From Proteromonas lacertae (Eukaryota), in the NCBI GenBank assembly GCA_002245135.1, contig NGBS01000610.1, positions 1-64,000 of the forward strand: a DNA stretch of 64,000 nucleotides. Direction: 5' to 3'. Under the pieces are notes generated by a model. The model searched no databases. It was not told where the DNA came from and saw only the letters and a list, made by a program, of their open reading frames with translations. The position numbers and the translations under genes were made by a program. The stretch's first letter is position 1; the number at the start of each line of letters is the position of its first letter. Of this stretch, positions 39,403 to 51,987 are shown piece after piece.

Positions 39403-40034
39403 AAATGAGTGTTTTAAAAAGATAATAATAATAATAATCTTTATATATATTTAAATAATAAAATGTTGAAGTTGTTTTTTATTTATTTAAAATAAGAATA
39501 TTGATTTAATGAAACGAATATATTTTGATAATCAAAAATGAATGGAATAAAAAGAGTGATTAATAAATCATGTAGAATGTCAAAGTATATTTGCAATGTG
39601 TTAAAATGATATAAATGAATAGAATATTGAATAAAGGGATGAAAGTGAGAGTGAATTACAAAGAAAATGGTTATAGCGATATGAAATGTGAAATGAAAAA
39701 TCGACTAAGTAAATATAACAAAAGCAGAGTATGAAAATGAGTATAAGATGTAATAGAAATGTGATTTATATGCTTTACCAGTTTGTAGTGTTCTCTGTTA
39801 TTCAATGTTGAATTTAATGGAAATGAGTGTGATGAATGGTATAGTAAATGTATTAGATGATGATGGCTCTTGATGTTTTATTGTTAATTGTTTTATTTTT
39901 GTCATTATCTATGTGTTTATACCTTAGAAACATATTAGACAATACATTTGATATAATTTGAAGATATTTATTCTCAATTTCATAATTCTCTCAAAATACA
40001 TTATATATCAATGAAATAATAATAATAAAAATAT

Positions 40035-43000
40035 TTATTCAATGTTCGAATAAACTTCTGATAATTCATTCTTTTCTTCTTCTGAAATTCCATCCAAGTA
40101 TATCCTTTCTATAAATGAAAATGTTTCTAAAAATGATTTTAATTTTGTTTTATCTATATTCTCTTTTAATGTTATTGATAATTCATCTAAACAATCAAAT
40201 ACTTCATTGTTTTCTATCATTAATCTCAATTCTCTTTCATATAGTTCATTTCCTGATATATTTATTTTTTCTAGTCTATAACCTTTTAATCTTTCTATTA
40301 TCATGTTTAATCCTTTCTCACTAATTCCTGTATCTATTTCAATTAAATAATTATATTACATTTATATTTATACATGAAAGATTTAATGATAAATATCTAT
40401 CAACAAAATAATCTAAATTCTTACATACTATCTCTATTCCTTCATCTCCAATCGGATTATTGAATATTGAAATGTATTTTGCTTCTTCTGGTACTGATTC
40501 TACTAATGATTTTAATCCTTTGGAAGTAATTTTATTATTGGATAAATCAAGTTTCATGTAGTTAATCTGTTTAATTAATGAAATATAAGAATCATCTATA
40601 TTCATATCTATTTTTATTATAAATATATAAGTTTTACTTGAGAAATTATAGAGATTAATTTTCTTTTTAATACAATAATTCAAATAATATTGTAGTTCTT
40701 CATTTGTCCATGTTGAAGATTTAATTTCTATAAATGGATATTCTTCACTTGCTAATGATTTTGAACATATTGATTTTAATCCTTTCATTCTAATATTATT
40801 CGCATTTAAATATATTTTATTACATTTTCCTATTGAATTAATCTTATTGGATAATAGTATTACACTGTCATCATCAATTGATATATTGCTCAAATTTATA
40901 TTATACTTATCATCTATTAACATATGTATATTATTTACTAATAATTTAAATCCTTTATTACCAATTGGATTACCTTGAATATATAATTTCATTAAATCTC
41001 TTTTTCCTTTCCTGTATTTCATCAAATATTCTATTCCAACTGAATCTATATTGTTTTTACTTATGTCAATTAATCTGAATCTATCATGAATTTTCTTATA
41101 ACCATCTAATAAATATTTAAATCCAGTAGAAGTTAATCCCATTTCTATTCAAAACATATAATCTTTATTATACTTGAACAATCTATTATATTTTCTCTTT
41201 CCTTCAGTAAATGTAAATGAGGAGATAATAATTTCATTCCCTTATCTCCTATTTCATTTCCATATAACGAAAGTTCTTTAAGTTTTGGCAGTGTAGATAA
41301 ATTGTTTATCAGTATTTTAACGCTTTTATGAGTAAGTTTGTTATCTAAATATTTTAAGAACATCATATTATACGACTCAAATCCAATTCTTTCATTTCTC
41401 CTAGTTTATTTAATCCTAATGAAATGAATGATTTGAAATAATCATCATGTATTTCTAAATTATACAATTTAAATTCATAATCATATGGTTTGATTATTTC
41501 TTGAATGCTTTTATCAATCAGTAATTCTTTACTATTGTTAAAATCAAACCATACTTTTGAAATTGGAAATATGGAGAATATGGCTTTCAATCCATTTGAA
41601 TAAATTTTCTTATTATTTCTAATATCCATTCTTCTAAGATTTGAATATTTATATAACTCTTGTGACAATAATAACATTGACTCATCATTTAAATTCATTC
41701 CTTTAAGATTCAAGTCATTAAACTTGTTGATTAATAAATGTAAATATGGAAGGAATAATTTGAATCCTATTGGACCAATTGGATTTGCTATTTCAAAATA
41801 ACATAATAAATGAATAATGAATACAAGATAGATCTACATATTCTAATTTCATCATTGGAATTGATTTAACAAATGATTCAATGAAATAATAACTGATATG
41901 ACAATTAGATAAATACAATTCTTGTAGATTTGTAAATTGAGAAAAATGTGATGCAAACAGCGATTGATATTTAATTGGAATATTAAAACTATATGAAAGT
42001 TTTGCTGGATTGATATATTTCAATTTTCTGAAAAAATATTCAATACCTTCTTCACAAAAACATATACATTTTAAATTGATTTTTATCATGTCTTTCTTGT
42101 AAGTATCTTTATTTATATTAAATATTCTTTCATCTAAATAGCATTCCCCAGATTTACATCTGTGATAATCCTGAAATATCAGTCTTTCTTTCATTTTACA
42201 GAAACAGTAATCATCATACATAATTGTTTTTAATAATAATGATAGTAATTTTTCTTTAGCTTGTTTGTTATATGAATTAATAAAAAAAATTAAACACTTC
42301 CAATCTATCTTAATATTTACCTTATCGATTGGTCTAATTATTCTAAAGAAAAAATCAATACCTTCTTCACATGAACAAATACAATGTCTATAAATAGTAA
42401 TTGCTTCTTTATCATTTCCATCCATCTCAATATTAAACATCTTTTCATCTAAATAACATTCTCCAAATCTACATTTGTGATGAATATGAGATTTTATTTT
42501 CTCTTTAATTGAACAATCTTTTATGTATAATTTCATCATCACTAGTATTGATATAATTCTTTCATTTGGCTTATTATTGTATGATTTTATCAACTTATCC
42601 TGATTATTTCCCCATCTGTAACTTTGGATATAATATTCTGATGGATAAATAATTGGAAATACAACAATTAAATTATCATTCTTATACAATAACTCCTTTC
42701 TATCTTTATAAATCATCAAATAATTATTGTCATCTCTCAATATTTCACTCATTTTTATCATCTCTTTTTTCAACTCTTTTAAACTCACTCTATCTTCATT
42801 CTTCACTTTTAACATTCTTTCTATCATCATCTTTCATCATATCATCACATTCTACATCTAATATTGTATTTACATCTCAGGATATTCTCTTTTGTTTTAT
42901 TCATATTATTTCATCTTCATTGAAATGGTAATTTCTTACAAATCATTTCATATAATATACATCCAATTGACCAAATCACACTTCGATCATTATATTCATA

Positions 43001-43562
43001 TCCACTCAACTCTTCTGGGCTTCTAAAGCATAAATCGTATATTCTCAAATCTTCTTCTTTTCTCAATAAATCCAAGTATAAATCACATAGTTTTAATTCA
43101 CTATTATTTTCATATATTATGTTACTACTCTTCAAATTACTAACTATTATGCCATATTCATTCAATACCATTGCAATATCACATATTGAACATATACAAC
43201 TAGATATATCATTGTTTGATAAGGATTTACTTTGAATTATCTCTTCTAGATCTCTCAAGTAATATTCTCTCTCCAGCATTATAAATTCATTCTGATCATA
43301 CAATTGAAACACTTTTGATCTGCAAGTAATAGATCTACAACATTCTGATAGCAAAAGGCTATTCTCTATTACTTTTAATATTATCTTCTCTTTGATTTCG
43401 CTAACATTTAATATTTTTATCATTTTAACACCACTTTGGAGTTCTATAACCATTTCAACTTCATTTTCACTCTTCTCTATGCTTTTAATAACCTACAACA
43501 TATAAAAATGATTAAAATACTTCAGAATCATATGGTAATAATGAGAATATAATGGCATCCAT
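40035..43562 (-). CDS. Pseudokinase, Cys-rich duplicated domain and RNI-like LRR protein (indels near 42830-42925; may be a pseudogene)
   Basis: VSNLKSSNI, LKLCDL, RSPEEL, IWSIGCILYEM; many LxxLxLxxNxIxxxG repeats split by phase-1 introns. Confidence 0.8.
42027..42482 (-). repeat. Intragenic duplication of a 47-aa Cys/His-rich unit, 315 bp apart
   Basis: HHKCRFGECYLDEKMFNI...CICSCEEGIDFFFR (42342-42482) versus YHRCKSGECYLDERIFNI...CICFCEEGIEYFFR (42027-42167). Confidence 0.85.
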
Positions 43563-44146
43563 TTAATAAACTGAAAAATAGCTTAACTGTAAAAAGTAAC
43601 GAATATATTTCTTTTTACACTACAATTCATATTTTTATGCATTTTACACTCCATTCTCTCTTTCATCATATCTTAGATCAAAATTGACCATTTCATATAA
43701 AAAGCTACACATTATCTTAAACTACAACACATTTACATCGCGCAGAGGTATATAATCAATAAGAAACATAAAACGAAAGTAAAACCCAAGTTATTACACT
43801 GTAATGTGATGTATTTTATTCTCATTCTAGATATTAGTCATTATAAAACTACATTAACTAAGGTAAGTTCTGCACTGCTATAGATTATTCTAAACCATTA
43901 GTTGTTACAGAGTATTTTGAGAATTGTTTTGATTTATCAGCGAAATTTAATCTATATCAAAAATATAACATGATTTTGTATGACTGATAATATTTATATT
44001 TGTATTCTACTTTTCTATAATGAGAATTTTTATAATGAAATTATGTAACGGATATATTTATAAATATTGATTATTTCTTCATCACATAATCAAACTGTAA
44101 AAACAAAATTTAAAAAAATAACATATTTATTTTATATTTATTATTA

Positions 44147-47100
44147 TTATTGATATTCACCATCAATTGGAGGTAATCTTTCTCGAGATGCACTCTTCTG
44201 TAAATGCAAACTCTCCAACTCTTGCAGTTTGTATTTTAAATTAGCTATCAATTGTTTTTGTTCATTCAATCTATCATAAGTCTCTTGGCTTATTGGTAAT
44301 ATATCATCACTCACTTCTTCTACTTCAATTCCCAATAAATCTCTTCTCTTTCTAGTTCTTTTTATATCTTCAATTGCACTTCGTAATTCTGTTACTTCTT
44401 TGATTAATACCATATTCTTTTGCATTAATCGAATATTTTCACTTTCATGTTTGTGTGTATTAGTTGTTAATCTTGTTGATAATGTTCCTAATGATTGCTC
44501 TAAGTATTGTCTTTGACGACTGTATTCATTCTCAATGTGACTATCTATTCCTTCTATGGCTATTGGTCCACGATAATATTTCTATTTATATAATAATAAT
44601 AATAATAATAATAATATATTCATACTTTATATATTCCAATTATACATTCTTTTAGTTTTTCTGGATATTGAATCAATTGAGAAGCTTCTATCAAATCACT
44701 TTGAATGGTTTTTATTACATTCTCATGATCATGAACGTCACTTCGTTTATCGATTATATCTCGTTGTAAATTATCTAATTTGCCTCTTATATCACCAATC
44801 ATGTTGTCTAATTTTGCATTACTTTTATGATATTTTTCTAAGTCATGATCCATCTTTTTTATTGTCGTTTTCATATTAGCGATTTCTTCTTCTTTTGGCT
44901 CAATTTGTTTCTTCAATTCTTTGATTTTGTAATCTAAAACAAATTTGAATTTTTCTAATTCTTGATTCTTCTTTTTTAATTCGTAGATTTTCTTTTCTTT
45001 ATTTCCAATTGTATCATCTCTTGTTCTTATTGTTTGTTTCAAGTTTTGAATTTCATTTTGTAAATTCTATTACAATATTATAATATAAATATACATCAAT
45101 TTGAGCTTTTAATTGTTTCTCTTTTTCGATTAATCCTTTGATTTCTTCATTCTGATTTTCTACATCTTTCTGTAAAGCAGTAAACTTCTTTTTCATTAAA
45201 CCATTTTCACCTTTGAAACTCATTGTAGATTCTTTCTCATCATTTAATTCAATCTCTAATTCTTTCTATTTATATAATAATAATAATAATATATACTCTT
45301 ATATTCTCAATCTCTGTATCAATATCTTCTTCCAATTGTCTTTCAGTTTCTGAACATTCTCTCTCTAATTCACTGATTTCATCTTGTAATCTCATTTTAT
45401 AGGCTCTCTGTTCATCTAATTGACGTTCATAATCATTGGTTAATGTCATTACATAGTTCTCATGGTTATTGATCATTCGTTTTTGTTGTTCTTCAAACCT
45501 AGCTTGTTGAGAATCTCTTTCACTTACCATTTGTTGATATCTTTCTACTTCTCTCATTATTTTTTGTTGGTAATCAGCTTCACTTTCTTGGATTTTATGT
45601 CGATGTTCTTCTTCCATCTATTTTAAACATAAATAAATAAATATATATATATATACATGTTTCAAATCTTCTTCATATTCTAATTCCATCTCTCTTTTTT
45701 GATCATATAAATTATCATATTTCTGTTTTTCTTCATCTAATTTTTGTTTATATTCTTCACTCAACTCTTTCTCTTTTTCTTCGTTATTCATCACTTTTAA
45801 TCGCAATTGGTAATCATTATGTAAACTCAATTCATCTACTTTATTTCGTAATTCAGTCATTGTATTTTCATGTTCTTTTAATTCTTTACTTGTCACTAAT
45901 ATTTCATCAGCAATGGGAGTCATTCCAACTCTTTCAGGAAATAGATTTGTTCCATCCTTTCTCTTTGATTTCATAAATACATAATACACCATCACTACCA
46001 GCTACAAATAAATATAAATCATCATAGGTAACTCTTATTGCACTTGCTGTTCCAGATAACGCTTGATATTCTCGCATATCACCAGTTAAAGGGAATTTAT
46101 ACAGTCTGATACAACCTGGTTTACCTTTCTCACCACCTGCTGCAAATAATAACTTTTGAGAATGAGCTAATTCAACCTGACCTAATATAATACTACTTTC
46201 TACTACTTTACTCTCTATAGCACCAGGAAATTCGATTTCTCTTAATTTCTTATCATTTCCTACAATAAATATTCCAGAAAAATCATTTGTAGCGGTTATA
46301 GAGGTTAAAGGAACAGATTTATTAACATAATCAACTTCTCTTTTACCATCTTTCATATTCCATTGATATAAACCACCATCTAAACCTGCTGAAAGTATCT
46401 GAGAATCATCATTACTCCAAAACAGTGAAGTTATCTTTGAATTGTGTATTCTTAAAGTATGAATACAATCACCAATATAAGTATTATATATCTGAATAAT
46501 AGCACCATTTCCACATGCAAAATATTGACCTCCATTACTGAACTTAATCGCAGTACATTGTCTAATAGGATATGTTTTATAAGATATTCAAATCATCTAA
46601 TAAAACATTATATAAATGCAATTTATCATTCTCACCAACGATTATATTCAATCCTGAAGGATGAAATGCACAGCCATATAAGAAGTCATTACAGTGTTTT
46701 ACTAATTCTAAGGATCTTTCCATATAATTCCATATTCTGATTGTACAATCATCACCTGTTGTTACAATTAATGGCTTTCTTAAACACACATCCATCCCTT
46801 GAATTCCATTCATTCCTGATGGACCTACACCGTGAAATTCGTAACTTAATGGTTTAAATGGTTGTGTTGATGGTATTTCTTCAGTTAAATCAATCTTGTA
46901 TATTTGATTTGAGCTTGTTGTACAAACTAAAAATTCTTCTTTTAATGATATAGACATATGACAGATTCTACTAGTCATATTATCATTTTCAAAAGTTCTA
47001 GTTAATACATAAGGAATTGAATTATCTTCAGTAGGTTCTATATATTCATAATAAGCGATCACACCACTTGTAGAACCACTGAAAAAGCCTTTAGCTGATG

Positions 47101-47867
47101 TGATTAATGTAGTAACAGGATCAGCATCTTTAACACTTGGTATAACACAATCTAATTTACCATCTCTGTATAATAACAACTCACCACTGTCACTAGATAA
47201 TAATATCATCCCTTGCGCTTCTGGTAACCAAGTATGGCAGATTATTGTTTGTTTATTTCTGTTTCCTAATGTGGTTGGAATACTTTTGAAGGCTTTTTCT
47301 GTTAGTTTGAAGCATTTGAAAATTCCTTCACCAGTTACACATAATATTGATGAATCTAATGGACTGTAACTACATTGGATGATTTTGATATTTGGACTAT
47401 CACTGGTTTTAAATGCACCATTGGAAGTGGCTGTTTCCCATGACCAGGAGATTAAAGTCCAATCTGGTGGACCTCCTTGAGATAGTAATAATGTACTATC
47501 ACTATTGAATGATAAACTTATATAACTACTACCACTTTCATTAGTTGAAAATGTCTTTCTTCTTTTTAGACTTTTTATATCATATACTGATATGACACCC
47601 TTTTCTCCTTGTTCTGCTATTGCTAAAAATCTTTTGCAAGGACTTATTGCCATTGCTGTTATTCCAACGCAACCATCTGATCCTTGTATAAAACTCTGAC
47701 TTCTAGCTTCTGTATTATACAATATAATATTATTTCCAGCTGGATAAGCGATTAGATTATCATCTACAACTCCAACATTATCTTTTACATCGCCTTTTAA
47801 TCCAAAAATATGTCTAAGGATGTTTAAAATACAATATATACTTATGGTTTAACACTCCAAGACTCAT
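44147..47867 (-). CDS. CFAP57: Cilia- and flagella-associated protein 57 (WDR65), WD40 plus coiled coil, two apparent frameshifts
   Basis: HIFGLKGDVKDN, QGGPPDWTL, MDVCLRKPLIVT, RDDTIGNKEKKIYELKKKNQELEKFKFVLDYKIKELKKQIEP. Confidence 0.93.
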
Positions 47868-48560
47868 TTTTTAAAAAGACGTTTTTTATTCAAAACTTTT
47901 GCCCAATTTTGAAATTGGGGAATTTTTAGATACAAAATCATTTTTGAATGAATAGACTAAGAACAGTTATTCAAAGGTCAAGTAAATATGCACAGTATAT
48001 AAATACAGATAAATAAAATAGAATATGGAATAAGGAAATAAAGAATAGTGTAAAATGCAAACAAATTCGTCTAAAAGAACTCAAACAAAAAATCAACACC
48101 AAAATCAATAAATTAGTAGTTACAACTGTATATCGATGTAAATATATTTTGCATTAGAGAGCAGATGCTTGTACAATCCCAATTAGCAGTGTGCTCTTTT
48201 ATTCATTGCTTCATCAGCTTAATATGAACCAAATTAACTATATTCTAACCAGTTTTGGAGAACAAGACGACGGAACGTAAATATATTTTCTATTATATCT
48301 TCACAGTTAATTTTTCTACATGTAAATCATTTATTCTTTTGTTATTTTTCATTGTTAATTCCCTTCTTTGTTATAATCTATTTTAATTATTTCTTTTTTG
48401 TGGGATTATAGTTTAAATAGGAGGTAGCAATAATAATAATACACCACAGAATGTAATAAACAAATCTATAATACATAAAAACAATTTATTATTATTTATT
48501 ATTATTGAGGAGTATTTTGAAGGGAAAATCAGATTTGTTTGTTAAAAACATACACATTTA

Positions 48561-49858
48561 TTATTTATCACCTGTACGTTTTGTTGAGCTAGTTCTATTA
48601 CCACCTGTATTACTTGGATTTGAAGTTGAACCTGATGCATTACCATTACTCAACTGTTCTGCAATATGTCTTGTTCTAGTCTCCATCTTTCGTCTAGCTA
48701 CCTCACGGTGTAGCCTCTCTCTATAATCTTTAGCACTGTATCTATAAAAATATAAATAAATTCATAAATACTTCGTATTATCAGATATTCTTATTCGAAT
48801 GATGTGTGGACAATCAGGTTCATCTGCAGGATTATGAAATTGAGCAACATATGGATGATCTAAGGATTGTGCAGCAGATATTCTATGATTTGGGTTAAAT
48901 TGTAAGCATTTTCCTATTAAATCAAGCGCATCAGCTGGAGCATCTGGTAACATCTTTTCTAAAGGTATTTTCTCAACCGTTGGTAAGTTACCTATCATTG
49001 ATTCTGCAAATACTGACATAGTTGATTGAATATCTTCTTTAGATGGCATACCTGTAGCTGTTAATATTCTCTCTAATTGATTCATTGTAGATGTACCAGG
49101 GAACATTGGTTTACCTAATATGATTTCACCTAAGATACAACCAACTGCCCACATATCTACACCTTTTGAATATTTTGTACTGCCTAATAAGATCTCAGGA
49201 GCTCTGTACCATCTAGTGGCGACATAATCTGTTAATGCGACTTTTGACATATCTGGAGCATCTGCTGCTAATGATCTGCATAAGCCAAAATCACATAATT
49301 TGGCATGACAATCTGCATTTAATAATATATTGGAGGGCTTTAAATCACGATGTAACAATTCACCTGAGTGGATATATTTTAATGCTTTTAATAACTGATA
49401 AATAATATAACGCTTATGTATATCTTCTAAGATATGGCTACGGATCACTACATGTAAATCAGTTTCTATATTATGATATAAATAGACAATATGAGATGAT
49501 ACGCAGAAACTCAAAGACCAAATAGACATCTTTTTCATTTTCTGATTTGATTACATTTAAAAGACGAACTATATTTTCATGATTTGCTAGCTCTTGTAAA
49601 TACCTATACCAATAAATTAATATTCGGTAAGGAGATGAATTATACATTACTTCACGATATGTTCTTTGAGCATCAGTTGAATTTCGAAAAGCGTCAAAAC
49701 ACTTTTTAAGTGCAACTGGGGTTTTTGATTTTTTATCGATTGCTTTCCACACAACTCCATAAGCCTAATATAATATCAAAGAACACTTATACTCCCTTAC
49801 CCATTAGCTGTACAATATCATATTTTCGTAAAATGTGTGGCTCTATATCTTCGCTCAT
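48561..49858 (-). CDS. MAPK15: MAP kinase of the ERK7/8 group
   Basis: [62 protein letters not shown]. Confidence 0.92.
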
Positions 49859-50021
49859 TGTATATTTATAAAATTTAAATTTAAGTTAGATATGCTCAGA
49901 TTAAATTGAAAGATGGTTTTGGTCGTTAAAGGTGCAAGTTTTATTTCAATCAAAACTTTTCATACACCCATTTTTCTTTAACAACCTTTGAGATTCATTT
50001 TCTCACATCGTTGATATAATC

Positions 50022-51750
50022 ATGATTGCATCACCTCCCTATAAAAATAACAACAAAATATTACCATATGTCAAGAAAGCATCACCGACTTCAATCGCTG
50101 TTGAAGTAGATGATTGTAATCACTGCTCCTTTCGGTTATTCATCCGTGAATTTAGTTATACAGTGTTGCTAGTGTTTTTAATTTATTTATTTGTGGTGTG
50201 TATTTCGCTTCTTGGTTCATCATTTAAAATTATGTTAGGTAAATCAGCTGCACAGGTATTTATAATTTTATATGTGGCTTATATAGATGTTTGAATTGTG
50301 TAAAAATCCCTTAACAGGGTTGTCTGTAGGATTATTAGCTACGGTGTTATTTCAATCATCAACAACTACTACATCCATCATTGGAAGTTTAGTAGGAGTT
50401 GGATCTGTAAATTTTGGAATTGCTGTTTCTATGATTATGGGATGTAACATTGGAACAACAACAACCAATGCATTAGTTTCTCTATGTTATTTAAAGAATA
50501 GAAATGAACTAAGTAAAGCATTTAGTTCAGCTACCATTCACTGTATATTCAATTGTTTAACTGTTTTATGTTTATTTCCTATTGAATGGTTAATAATGTC
50601 ATATAATCATCAATGTGGTTTTATCTGCGCTGTTGCTGATAGATTTACTACGTTAATTAGTACAAGTAATGGAATATCCTTTAAATCACCATTAGATTAT
50701 CTTACACAACCATTCACTGATGTATTTGTCAAAGTCAATTCAAAAGCATATAAAGCATTTAGTTATGGTTGTTCAGGTAATGGATCTACTTGTAAAAGTA
50801 GAAATAGAACGGAATCTATTTATTATTGTATTGGTGATAATGGTATTGATTGTTTATCACCAAAAGAATGGCATAATAAATATGACAAAATGTCTGTCAT
50901 AAAGAGTTGTTGGTTGAAAGATTCATGGAAGTTTAATGATACTGCTACAGGTATTGTATTGGTAATATTATCAACAATTCTATTAATTTTGTCATTAATA
51001 TTATTAGCATTTGTTTTAAAGCAGTTAATTAGAGGTAAAATCCATAGTAGATGTAGAAAAATATTCAATTTGAATGGATATATATGTATAGTAATAGGAT
51101 GTGTTTTGACATTCCTAGTTCATTCAAGTTCAATTGTTACTTCGATTCTTACTCCATTAGCTGCTGTAGGAGTATTAGATATTGAACAAACATATGCATA
51201 TATACTAGGAGCAAACTTAGGAACAACAATAACTCCCTTATTAAGTACTCTTGGTTCAAATAATGTAGATCAAATTAGAATAGCCATGTGTCATGTTTGT
51301 TTCAATCTTTTAGGTATTTTTATTTGGTATGTATTTCCTGTTATGAGAAATATTCCTTTGAGTTATTCTAATTTTATGAAAAACACAGTAGAACAGAAGA
51401 GATATATTGCAGTATTGTTTTGGATTTGTGTTTATGTTGTTATTCCATTAATTGTATTAGGAGTTTCAGTGATGTTAAGCAGCAGTACAGGATTGATGTG
51501 GACTGCTTTATCTCTAATAATTGTAATTACTTTAGGAGTAATGGGAGGTTTATATTGGTATAATTTTAAGAATGGTAAGTTGATAATAACAAGAGCTTGG
51601 AATAGAAGAAGATCGATGAAATTTAATGATGAAAAAGGTGCTGAAAGAAGACATTCTTATCAGAAAATTACTGTAGATATTAAGAAAGATAATTCTATTA
51701 AATCTAAATCAGGATTATTCTCAAAATCGAAAGATTCAAATGATAGTTGA
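50022..51750 (+). CDS. Sodium-dependent phosphate cotransporter, SLC34/NaPi-II family
   Basis: NPLTGLSVGLLATVLFQSSTTTTS, IMGCNIGTT, HSSSIVTS, LGANLGTT, AMCHVCFN; multi-TM. Confidence 0.93.
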
Positions 51751-51987
51751 TTTAAATTACATTTTTTTCTATATCTGATATATATCAAATGTTAATAATC
51801 TTTTTAAAATAATATATGTTAACAATATATTATCTTTTTCCTATTATATTTACTTTTTGGTATTGTTTTAAGCTGTTAAAATATGAGTTATTTTACTTTA
51901 TACAATTTTTATTCATTTCGAGCCTGCTTGAGAATTTCATCATTTCAATATTTGCATTTATTCTCTCTTCCATTGAAAGAATCATAT

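Noticed and set aside
48205..48222. Minus-strand CTGATGA as a hammerhead core, C/D box or SECIS
   Set aside because: No stem II plus GAAA, no matching D box, and no selenoprotein upstream.
49466..49502. MAPK15 intron starting GTATCATC as a GT-AG U12 intron
   Set aside because: Ordinary length and no convincing branch motif; treated as a major intron.
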